Source: Phoronis australis (taxonomy: Eukaryota; Animalia; Phoronida). Taken from it: a stretch of DNA of 64,000 nucleotides. Shown piece by piece: positions 40,827-52,503 of this stretch; position 1 is the first letter of the stretch, and every line of letters begins with the position of its first letter. The notes under the pieces were generated by a model that had not been told where the DNA came from, did no database searches, and worked only from the letters and a program-made list of their open reading frames with translations. The stretch lies in contig NMRA01000036.1 of the NCBI GenBank assembly GCA_002633005.1, positions 1,102,139 through 1,166,138 of the forward strand, written 5' to 3'. A program made the position numbers and the translations under genes.

Positions 40827-42696
40827 CTGCAAGAAAAAGAGCAGTAAAATAGTTAAGAGCATTACGCATTATCAAGATGAAAGCGCTCAAGAGAGTGGCA
40901 CTTAGCGAAATTGATAAATGATGATGACGATAATCAATGGTGAATGACGAATTGCTGATATAAATGATAAGCAAACATTAGATAGTAAACCAAGTTAACA
41001 AAGAGAACTAGTCCATAAAAGAGGAGTCTTCGGTAAATCTCAAATAACTGGCTTGCTTCTGATGAAGCTCACACACTAAGTTTCAGAAAAACCCATAAAA
41101 GGATCGTGAAGCTACTGCTTTCTGAAGAGAAAAATAAAAAAATATCAGCAACTCCTCTTCCTTGCATTGAATTGCCACCAAAATATGCCTTGTGCTATCG
41201 ACATAACACATTTCACTCAACCTTTTCATGAACTCATTTCATTTTGAATTCGCCAATATACATTTCAATAGCACCTCTACACTCTTCAACAAAACAGCTC
41301 AATTTTTTAAAATTACTTTGCTATTAAAACTGATCTCTGACACTGGACCATAATATCATCTGCGATTTCTTCCACATCACTTGCCCAGACTAAAGCAGAT
41401 GGCATTTTTTTGCAGTTTCTACAACATAGGAATAGTAATTAACGTTGAGTTACCCATATGATTATACAAAAGTCCAGCGCAAAATAGAGAGAGTTCAAGT
41501 TACATTCTCTGTTTTATTTAAAAAAAAATTCAATTCCATACTTCATTGATGTAAGTACCAGCTGATTTGTCTCACCTTTACAACATACATTGTGTGTTGT
41601 TCAATGCTAGTGTAAAGATTTCAGGAATATTTTCACAGACCTGAAAACTTTGAAAGGTGGATCCACTGAACACTAGTATTTGGAAGTGTAGGGTGAACAC
41701 TGCATTAACATACATACAAGCACTTTAGGCACACACACCTGTGTGTGAAGTTGTGCCTGTACCCGAGATTAGACACATGTGCCTATATATGGAACATTTG
41801 AGTAAAACTGAGGAGCACATTTCTAAAACATCACAGAAACTTGACTTATCTGTTACAGAATGGTGGACACTGAGGTCTATTCAATTAAAAACTACTGAAT
41901 GAATGTTGAGAATGGGTATACAGGGATATATTTAGCCACTCACCCAGTCGCCAATGCGAGCAAAAATGGTGCTGGGTGAGTACAAGTTGACCTGCCGGTT
42001 GCCCAGGTGGCGAGCGAATTTTCAAAGCACAAAAGCACTATATCGTTTCCCAGATGAACACGAATAAATTTTCTTCTCCTTGAGCCATTTATATCATGAA
42101 TTTAAGGTTCAGTTTGGCCAGCGTGTCGATGCTCCGGCAGTAAAAAACATCAGCGCAGTGCAACCTTATCGATTCAGTAGATGTCACCTGTTATGCAATT
42201 TGTGTAGACAAACGATCACAGTGTGTGGTCGTGCAAAAAAAGGAATTTGTGGACTAGTCCGAAGCGAAGAAAGGGGGGGGCAGGCGGAAGACCGGTTCAT
42301 GTGCTCATGGCAAGTGAAATACCAAATTAATTGGAACTGATTTCTTATTGTAATGTACATTGTCATTTTAGCCAAAATTATTTATAATAACGTTCGCCGT
42401 AATAAGCGCCCATACCCCTATAAGCGCCCCCCACTCGTTTTCAGACTTCGCTAAAATAAGTGCCCATTCCATGAATGTGTACATATACGAAAAATGCCTC
42501 AATAATATCCGACAGACCTGAAAAATCATTGTGCGCGGAATTTCTAGACCACGAGCTTCGCCGCTATGTTGGTATTTAGCCGTGGCTGTACACTTCAAAC
42601 TTCCAATTGGCTTGTGTGTATGAGAACATCATGCCGTAACTTAGCCCTTGGCTAACACAATATTCTACAAATAAAGTATATTAAAATCATAATTAC

Positions 42697-42783
42697 TTCA
42701 GTCAAAGTTTGCTGCAGTTCTTCTTTCTCCTTTTTCTTCTGCTCCTGAAGCTGTTTGTAGTTAACATACTCTGTTTTCAAAGG
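42697..42783 (-). CDS. C1orf131: C1orf131 homologue, exon 4
   Basis: PLKTEYVNYKQLQEQKKKEKEELQQTLTE, containing the conserved YVNYK.LQEQ motif. Acceptor cttctag, donor gtaatt, 87 nt. Confidence 0.9.
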
Positions 42784-43239
42784 CTAGAAGCAAGAAACCT
42801 ATAAACAATATTATCTGTCTTTTCCAACATCTCTGAAATGGCAAAGGGAGGCATGGTGGTGTCGTGTGATATTCAGTGCCAGAAAATGGAAATCAGCACA
42901 AAGTCCAAGTATTCTAATGCCTTTTATTGAATGTAAAATTAGTAAATTTGAAAGCAATGTAAAACAATTGTCTTGACAATTTTGCACTGTATCATTCTCA
43001 TGTGTCAACACAGGACAGCCAGTGGTTCAGTACTTCGAGGAATGTTTTTTTGACAGATTTTAAATTTTACGAACAAAAAGGAAGTTAACACTTAAAAGAA
43101 GCATTTCGAGGCTGTTTAGTTGTCAAAGTTCCACACACCTCAGGTGCTAATTGTCACCGACTGAGTGGGTAACTCAATTCACAAGCAATGCTTACATGTC
43201 TCGTTTTCAAATTCAAAATTTTATGGTTGGTCGATTAAA

Positions 43240-44835
43240 AACAAGAGCAACGCGAAGCGTTGAAAAACAGTGATGTTTATTTGTGTCATAAAAATGGACA
43301 CTAGATGGCGCAAAAACGTCAGTCCATACGAAAATGGGAACATGTCATAGTTTCGTTAAAAGAAAGCTATTCACCAAATCTCATAGAAATCTGTCGTGGA
43401 GAAACAAAGGAAAACAGAATAAAGTGAAATTGTCACTAGGGTGCACAATATTCATTGGATCCGCCTGAAAGTCGTCATTGTCTGTTGGTAGCATCATATA
43501 AATACACTTACTAAATTTAATAAAGATCCAGCAGTGGGTTTAGGAGATACAGCTATGGGCTCAAAACAAAACTAAACTACCATTGCATACACCACAGAAG
43601 TCAGTCGTCATCGTCAACCATCCTCTTCACACAGGCAACATAAACACCAATGTTCAAAACCATCCTTAGAATGATTTGTTTTAGAGGGGTGGCTGCCAAA
43701 AACAGACTCAAAAAGAGCAAAAATGGCGACTAGGTGGCGCAAAATACCTTGATTCCATCTGAAAACAGGAGGATACCGTCATCTCACCAATAGATGCCCG
43801 TATTCAAAATTTTATGAAAATCCGTTGAGGACCTTTGACGATACAGAGGTAAACATAAAACTAAAAGTGCCACCAGGGGGCACACCAGTAGTCAGATCCA
43901 TCCGAAAATCGTCCGTTGTCAACATCATATAAACACAAAAACATAGTCACCCATCCACTACATAGTAAAAATATACATGCCAATTTTCATAATTATCCCG
44001 AAACTGGTTTGGTTGATATAGGTGTGAACACTCAAAAACAGTAAATATGGTCACTAGGTGGTGAAAACTAAGACAAATCCATCTGAAAACGGAAAGATAG
44101 CATCATCTCACTAACAGAAGCCTATACACCAAATTTTATGAAAATACACTGAGGATCTTTGAAGATAGAAAGGTAAACATAAAAAAATAAAATTGCCACT
44201 AGGTGGCACACCAGTAGTCAGATCTGTCCAAAAGTTGTTGTCCCCCGATGTCATCATCATATATATGCACTTACTGATCCTGTAAACGGTTCAGGAGATA
44301 CAGGAATAGGCGCAAAAAACAAAACTGCCACGTCAAAGTGGTTGAAGTCATCGGAAAATAATCGTCAACTGTCCTCTTCATAGTAAGAACATACGTGCCA
44401 ATTTTCACAATCATGCTTAGAGCGGTTTGGTTAATAGAGGGGTGGAAGCTAAAAAACAGACTAGAAAAAAAGTAAAAATGGCCACTAGGTGGTGTAAACT
44501 ACCTCGAATCTATCCCAAAACTGGAGGATACGGTCGTCTCACTAATAGATGCCGATATACTAAATTTTGTGAAAATATGTTGGGGACCTTTGAAGAAACA
44601 GAGGTAAACGTAAAAAAATAAAATTGCCACCAGGGAGCAGATCGGTAGTAGGATCCGTCTGCAAGTTCGCACATGCCGTCCCATCCAAGAGCCATGTGCA
44701 AAAATTCATGAACGTACGTCAATTGGTTTTGGATATAGAGCAGCAGATGCCGAATGCCAGACGGACGTCGCCCGGACAGACAGACGGAGATGACAGCATA
44801 ATGCCTCTACACATAAATGTCTGTGCGAATAAAAA
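43240..44835 (-). mobile_element. HINE/DINE-like family A, copy 4
   Basis: Perfect hairpin CAACGC gaa GCGTTG after aacaagag, a ggacagacagacgg microsatellite near the other end, and internal units containing aaaatggccactag(a/g)tgg and aaattgccac. Confidence 0.78.
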
Positions 44836-45941
44836 TTGAAAGTTAACATTTTCTTGAGTAGCCAATGGTTTTGATGCTCTTGTTGGAAACTGAAAAATCC
44901 TGTCACAGTAAGGAATATTATGATACCGATTTGATAGGTTGCCACAGTTAAATACTGAGAAAATTTGGTTGTAAGAATAATATCTATAATATCTAATTTT
45001 ACGCTTTCAATGTCTTTGATGACATATATGTGTATATGTGCAGTGTCAGTCCTAGAATTTTGGCAGGCATTTTTTCACTGTGTAACTTCTCCTTTCACAA
45101 GTTGCATACTTAGTTATTTGAATACATGTGTTGGATAGTAAGCACTACATACTGGGATTAGATACCTTTTCATTCAAGTTGTGGACTGTCTGACCTCAGA
45201 CTAAAAGTCCATGTTTAGGCAAGAGCCGATCCCCACTTTTTGAAATTTCAGATTTGATCTCCCAAGTCAGGTTTTCACCACCCCTTCCTTCCATTTTTAG
45301 GCTTGCCACTAAAGTGTCCAAGACACTAACCCGAATGCTCACGATAGAGGCATGGACCTATATGCACCCGAATAAAAAAAACAATGTCACACGGGCATTT
45401 GTCATGAGTAGTTTTCAGAAAATTTACAAAATTTGGTTCAATTTGTCAAGTTAAAGTGATAAAAATTGGAATAAAATCAGAAGACCTAGGCAGCTGCAAA
45501 TCATTAGAAAAATCAAATTGAGAATATAAAGTAGCAGCAGTGAAGTATTGAAGAATTCAGAAAGCCTATGATGATCAAATTTCAAAAGATTACTTTCAAG
45601 ATAACTTTAAAACAAAACCGCGTTTTGCCTTGTTAAGCTAGCTAAACACAAACACTGAATTACGTAGGCCTTTTACTCTCACAATAGGATTCTATTTCAG
45701 TTTTACCAACTCAAGTCATAGGCAATGTGCACAGGTGTCCTTTTCAATTTCACAAATTTAGGGTTAGATACCTCCACAGAAATATAATCCTATTACAATA
45801 AGGAGTATTATAAGACAGATTTTATGAGAGTTCAGTTTTTAGTCAGTTGAACAGCGCAAAGTGCAACTTTAAATAAAAAATTCCAAAACCTTGTCAAACA
45901 ACTAATGAGTTGGTCATCAAACTTCAACAGTGTGTTCTGAC

Positions 45942-46100
45942 CTTTGCTCCAAGTTTGATAGCGAGTGCTGCTTGAGCTTCTTCTCGTCTTATCTTAACCA
46001 GGCCACTGATCCCCAGCTTGTTCACCTCATGTCGGGCTTCCTTCATACTGAATCGGGCAGAATTCTCCGCTGGGGGAAGGTCACCATGGCCAGCAACGAC
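45942..46100 (-). CDS. C1orf131: C1orf131 homologue, exon 3
   Basis: VVAGH...FSMKEARHEVNKLGISGLVKIRREEAQAALAIKLGAK, resembling the DUF4602 core (AR.EV.+FGI.G...AI.LGAK, recalled from human C1orf131). 159 nt, AG/GT bounded. Confidence 0.9.
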
Positions 46101-46444
46101 CTACCAATAACAAATAACTGAGCCTTTTGAATTAAGAGCAACTAATCAAGACATTTAAATGAGTGTACGTTGGTGCTTTAGAAAATGAGGACATTTGAAG
46201 CTTTTTCCTAACAGAATAACACTCCCAATGCCTCAAATTCCTAATATATTGGTACCATCTATGAGGAGCTCGCTAAAAGTGTTAAGTCGGCACATATGGT
46301 ACAAGTCAGAAATAATCAGACAAAGGTACAAATCTACGTCATGACAGTTCATGGCAAATAACTATTGATGATGCGTCCTTCCAACTCCTCACTCATCATG
46401 TAGGACAACTGTGACTTGTTAGTTTTTATCCTCTATAAATAAAG

Positions 46445-46449
<5 letters not shown>

Positions 46450-46477
<28 letters not shown>
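46450..46477 (+). repeat. (ATT)n microsatellite
   Basis: About 9 perfect units. Confidence 0.9.
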
Positions 46478-47595
46478 GTAATAACTGTTTGACATGGAGT
46501 CGAGAAGGTCATTCATTTCAAACTCCAGTGTTCATTGTGTAAATTGCACCAAATGATCGTCAAATCCTTGCAAGCTGTTATTGCAGAAAGCCAGTGAATC
46601 CTCATTGAACAACATACTCATATAACAGCACGACACTATTAATAATGAACCACATACTTAAAGAAAATGCAAAACCCAGCCTCAAACTTAAGCCACCTGG
46701 GAAAGTGAATGTGAAAATCTGTTGTACGTGAACTTAAAATTTTGCTTAATCTCAAGATCATATATACATGAACTTGGAATTAAATATTCATTAAAGCAGT
46801 AAAGTGAAAATTTTTGTTCAGTTTTCTAATTATTAGCCTCATGATCATCCATTTTCTCCCTTACCACAACTTGTGTTTGACCACAGATTTGGAGGAATAT
46901 GTGAATAGTTAATGAATTATTACTTGGTGAATAAGATCGTTAATAGTTGAAAAACAACAATAACTTCAGGTTGCTTAAAATTTACATTTAATAACATTTG
47001 ATTTGCTTTGGTGCATTGCACTTTTTTCAACATGAATATGATTATTTGAGCAAACTTACCAAGTTTCCCAGTGCATTCCAAGTTAAGAACACTTTTGGGC
47101 GATACGTTATTTGATAAGGAAATTTCGATTAACACCAGTTCAACAACACTTAATGTACAAAACACCACACGGTGTAGACATGGACATGCTCATGAATATT
47201 GTAAATCCTGTATAGAATGACTTTTCTGAGTTAATTTTTGTGTCATAATACAAGAATTACACTAAACAGCACAGCGCCATTTGTTGTTCAGTAACGAGTA
47301 CAGTCATAACTGGTTCAGCAGAGTTCCAAGTCAAAGCACAGCATTTACTAGTAACTAGATACAATGTAACGTCTGAACACTTTTTGATAAGTAGTCCGAT
47401 ACATGCTGGCCCATAGTGTACTTTTCATCACTATTTAAAAGTTCAGCAATGCGGCACAAGTATAATTCATGTTGGGAAAGCAGCCCTAATTTTAACGCAA
47501 ACATGAGAAGAAGTCAGCATCTGTCCAGATGCAGAAGACAACATTGCGCAGTCACGTGGGCACAAAAAGCTTATTAAAATCTGAACGTAGCATAC

Positions 47596-47939
47596 CTGCA
47601 TCTTTCTTTTCTTCAAAGGATTGCAATAAACAATGACTTCAGGCGCGGGTTGGCCATTATTCGACCCAGGAGCTTTCAACTTGTTATCCATTATATTTTG
47701 TGCTACCATTTTGTGCTTTCCAGACAGTCCCGACTCAAAATTTTCAAGTGTTTCTTTGATACTAAGAAGGTGCTTATTTCGCTTTTCAGGTTCTGCTTTC
47801 GTTCTTGACTTTCTTTTAAGTGTCGGGAGAGTTTTAACTGTTGGCTGCTTTTCAATTTTTCTTGACATGGAGAAATCGTTTTTTCTCTTCACTCGTTTAA
47901 GAGCTCTTTCATGTTCATCATCATCAAGCAGCATGTCAC
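47596..47939 (-). CDS. C1orf131: C1orf131 homologue, exon 2
   Basis: Lys-rich DMLLDDDEHERALKR...APEVIVYCNPLKKRKMQ. Acceptor ttttcag, donor CAG|gtatgc, 344 nt. Confidence 0.85.
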
Positions 47940-48435
47940 CTGAAAACAACCAAGGAGGTTATTGATCAAATAACCTAAAATGAAAGAAAAATATAAAATC
48001 TGACAAAACATTTAGTGTCATTAAAAACTATGCTTTTCCTTGAGTTAACTAAATCATTTACCAGTGTTAAAAATAGTGTTCTACCGTTGTTCTGCTGAGT
48101 AGCGATCTTTTGCGTCAGCTTTCGGTGTCATGGACTATTGCATCACGTATAGGCCAGTTTTGTCACCAATTTTTCAATCAGCTGTTTTACTTCCATCAGA
48201 TTGTGTACATGTCCCAATAAATTACCCAAACTGATTTAATTTCGTTACAAGCTTTTAGTATTTTAATACCAGCAAACTGATTTTCAGAACAAGTTTTGCT
48301 GTCGCAAAAATTTAGGAAAGACACATGTTTGTGTCACGGGGGTAATTTTTTCAAAACGACAAAATACTTTTCTTTGCTAAAAAAGGCAGAGAGTTACACA
48401 AGAAAATGATGTTTATTTGATTGCTGATAACTTAA

Positions 48436-48795
48436 GGTAGTGACTAGCCGTCTGGTACCGGATGGGCAGGATATTAGGCGCTCATGGCTAGGCATCCAGT
48501 ACCGGACGTCTAGCACAGGCTACTGATCTTGACTAACCATCCGGTACCAGACTTCTAACTTATGTTGCAAGCTGTCCTGTACCAGACGGGTAGTGCATGC
48601 GACGCTTGTGGCTAGGCATGGGGTATCGAATGTGTAGCACAGGTTACAATCTTGACTACCTGTCCATAACCGGAACTTTAATTCCCCATTGCTAGTCGTC
48701 CGGCACCTAAGATGCGTAGGAATCCGCTACTGGACATTTTTCAGTGACTATAGCGTCTGCTTATGTGGTCTAGGCATCTGGTACCTGCCAGACTT
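48436..48795. repeat. Degenerate minisatellite (tccggtaccagac / ggctaggcat)
   Basis: Repeated cores containing GGTACC, with a longer ~125-bp periodicity. Confidence 0.6.
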
Positions 48796-49650
48796 AGCTT
48801 GTACTGGTGTTCATGTCATTCCAAGTGTAATCATTGGGTCGCAATACATGAGAGCAAACACACTTGAATTTTTTGTCATATTTGTATCCTCAGAGTAGCA
48901 CCTCGGTTGTGAGCTGCGCCTTCGTTTTCTAATGGAAGCGAATGGACGTACAACAATAGCACTGGGTGTGGGGGATACATGGAAATATGTATTGGTGCAG
49001 GACAGTAATCTCTTTGATGTTTTTAATACCCGTTACACATATAAGTACACATCTTGTGCCATCTTTATTAATTTAGGGACAGGTTTTCCTCGTACTTTCA
49101 ATTAACAACAACGTGGTTTGATAGTTTTGATAGTTTAATAGAAGGATGTGATGATGGATTGTTTCCCGCCTTATTGGTTGTTGGTCGTTAAAGTAAAGCC
49201 TAAGTTTTCAATGACAAAGAATCAAATGAATGTAGAATACGTAACTTCTTTTAATGCACAATATTTAATTTCTTGTAATCATCAGATTATTTAATTTCTA
49301 ATACAAAGGCTAAATTACTATGAACAAACTTAATTTACAATCTAACTTATACAGTGACATGACCGACTTTACAGGGTCCTTTGTTGAGATGAACAGGGAT
49401 CAGCGGCACATCTTACATCAGTAAGCACAACCACCCCTTGCAACTGTCCAGCTCAACTTTGAGCAAAGGCATTATTTACAGAACAGCCCACTGACATGAC
49501 TGACTTTAGTCAAGCCCTGCTATATTCCAACACATTATTCGCTGACTCATGACCCTACAAAAGTAGCTAATTTCCTGCCCCTGACATACAGCAGCCCATG
49601 AGCTTGATTGACGAGTTTGTTGAAGAGCAGCATGGGCGGCGAAGCACTGA

Positions 49651-50849
49651 AATGAAAGCGCTCTGAGGAGCGAAACTTGGCGAAATTAGCCAAAAAAACA
49701 CGTTCAAGAGGACGAGAAAAGACGACGACAGAGATGATGACGAAGATGACAGCTATGACGACGATGGTGACGATAATGGACAACCCTAGTTATGATATCA
49801 TTCATATAACGAACGTAGAGGTCAGAAGTCACTAAGAAATAGGCTACAGTCTTGAGCGACACTTGGCGAAATTAACTGAAGAAAAGACGACGTCGGAGAT
49901 GATGACGAAGATGACGAATATGATGATGGTGGTGGCCATGATGAAGAACATCATAACATTCATATGACGAATTTAGATGTCATAAATCATTAAGAAATAG
50001 GCTGCAGTCTAGTTCAATAGAAGCTAAACCAACCTGAATGCAGCAAGAGCGCTCAACAAAGGAGCAGCGTTATCACAAAATCTCAAATAACTCGAAAAGT
50101 AGACGTCATAAAGAAAAATGGAAAGCATCTTCTGAAAGCCCGTTTAAAGCTCTATCTAAACTGGTATCGTTTAATTCCGTAAATTTTTTGAAAAAAATGA
50201 AATTTTGCATTTTTTTAAGAATTTCAAAGTCAAATAACTCGAAAACGGTAAGTCTGAGAAAAAATTGTTACAGAAAAAATTGTTACAGGCCATTTGAAAG
50301 ATAATACTTTAAAGAATCTACATGCAAAAAATCACGTCTTTTTCTCTTCCCATTTAAAATCGCACTGCAGACGACTGAAAATGGGTCAACATGCGCCATA
50401 TCCGCCATCTTGAATGCAACTTCCGGTTTTTTGGCTTTGTATAATAGCATGTTACAAGAAACTAATACCTGTAAAAATTCGAAGGAATTGGTCTGATAAT
50501 GCGCCCTCTAGAGGAGAAAACGTTTTTAAGCCAAAATCGAGGTGCGCATGCGCGATCGCCGATATTTCCGCCATCTTTAGCCGGAAGTAAACAATTTCCG
50601 GCATACTTGTAGCAAGCTTACGGTCCATTTACTGTGCCGATTCTTAGCCTTTTACGTAGCCTCCAGAAGCATTTGAACCTTTAAATGGAAACAAAATGGC
50701 CGCCACAGCCGCCATCTTGAAGTACGTGTTATGTGTAAATTTCGTGATGATCGGACGAAAATTGCGACCTGTATCGTGCGAACAAAAAAAAAAAAAAACA
50801 AACTTAGTGTCAGAGCAATATACTTGGCGAAATAAATTTCGCCAAGTAA
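49651..50849 (-). mobile_element. HINE/DINE-like family B element, present in duplicate copy 1 only
   Basis: Sub-TIR ACTTGGCGAAAT at both ends, palindrome CTTGGCGAAAT aa ATTTCGCCAAG at 50823-50846 and hairpin CGCTC tgag GAGCG at ~49659. Absent at the equivalent site ~56988 and has no TSD. A related fragment lies at ~40870-40960. Confidence 0.8.
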
Positions 50850-52347
50850 TAATGGTGTGCTCCCCATGAGAAGTTGCTAGTGTCATAACAAGGCACGGCA
50901 TTATTTACTGAAACAGGGTTGGTCTGTGTGCAAGGTTACCCGTGACAGAGGAAAATTGAGGGGGGCTAGCGTCGTATCATATGTATGTCCGTAAGAGGCA
51001 AATAGCGGTCACAAGAGATCTTGTGCGGGTGCAAGCCCGACCGCGTAGGCAGGAAAAAGTGGGATCAGTGCTGAACAAAGCTGGCCATGATCTGATGTCT
51101 TGATTACTTTTCCAGTACCTCTTTGGGGTGACATCAGATAATGGAAATTTGATGCAGAATTCAGGCAAAATGGGTGATTTTGCTCACCAATATTGTGCAC
51201 ATGTAGGTAGTCAAAAGCTTCATTCCAATTTTGGCCTCCACTGGAAGCAGTTCAATCATCTCATATCGAGTTAAAGGTGGCCATGACCAGGGATCATTCC
51301 TGCACATCTTGACCATTCAGTGAGCCATGTAAAGGTTGAATGAAGTCCATTTCCATTATCTCACAATGTTAAAGCTGGGGCTAGATCATGGGCAAAGAAT
51401 ATTATCTGCACTCAGAGACAACTCAGTGAAGTACTTGTAAGGTTGAATGATGGATGACATATATTTCCTCAGTCTGCACATAAAATTGTTGGATCATGAT
51501 CAGGGAATATTCTCTACACTCTGTGACCTCCACAAGGGTATTATTTTATGGTTTTGGAAAATTATCATAAAAATTTAAACATGAGATACCTGCAATATTT
51601 TTAAAATGCATTTTACTTTGCAAAGGTTGCTTCTTATCGAAGCTTAGGTGTTGCCTTTAGACATATCTTGTTTTAGCACCAGCATAAATACTCAAAAACT
51701 CGCTATTCTCTTCATTAGCACAATACTTGCATGAGAATGCTGGGAATAGGGTTTTTCTCATATGTGGCAAATTTAGTGGGTATATCACCAGCATGGCAAA
51801 CATTAAATGAAGCAATTATGCTAAGGGAAATCCTCACTTCATGCAAGTGCATTGCATGCCACTTTCCCGCGAAGTTGAAAAAATGCAGAATGAAAAATCT
51901 ACACTCTTCTACATATTGTTTGGAGGGAGCCCAAGCCCCCGGAGGGCTGTGCGGGACCAGGAGGGATAATGTGATGTATGCCCAATGGGCGAAAAGACTA
52001 GAAGTAATTTATTGTAAATTTTCAGTATTTTCAGAGGTCTCAAACTGCTGCCGGTGAACTGTCACATTTGCACCTGAGAGTGAATTTATTGACACCATTC
52101 ACGAACTTTTTACCAAGTTAACTCAGTGTTAGATTTGATGTCACCAGAGCTAAATTGATGGCAGGTGCAACCTAGAAAAACTTGGGTTTAATTATTGGGA
52201 ACTGAACACATAAGAATGCTCCCGTTAACAGAATTAAAAGTGGATTTAGGCAATCAATACGCAGATTTCTCAATTAGACATGTGAATGGGGCTTATAACA
52301 AAATAATGCCAACTCGATCAGTTATCAAACACATTTAAGGTTACACT

Positions 52348-52503
52348 CAGTGCTGTAGTGGGGCATAGGTGCGCGTAGGAGCAGCCAACCACCTTTTGGC
52401 ATTTGAATGTAGCGCCTACGCACCCTAAGTTACCATCAGTGCTCAAGGTGATACGGTGGGCTTTGGGCGCCTACTTACCTCTAATTTTACCACTACAGCA
52501 CTG
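52348..52503. mobile_element. 156-bp hAT-like MITE
   Basis: TIR CAGTGCTGTAGTGG / CCACTACAGCACTG with a perfect 8-bp TSD GTTACACT. Confidence 0.85.

Noticed and set aside
45565-45670. C/D-box snoRNA-like ATGATGA...CTGA
   Set aside because: It is on the strand opposite the host gene, the terminal stem is misplaced, and no rRNA guide is recognisable. The minus-strand candidate at ~46316-46399 also lacks a stem.
47633-47965. 110-aa plus-strand ORF
   Set aside because: It is the antisense shadow of C1orf131 exon 2.
49547-49783. Hydrophobic ORF resembling a membrane or signal peptide
   Set aside because: It is the antisense reading of GAT/GAC low-complexity repeats in the HINE element and crosses the element boundary.
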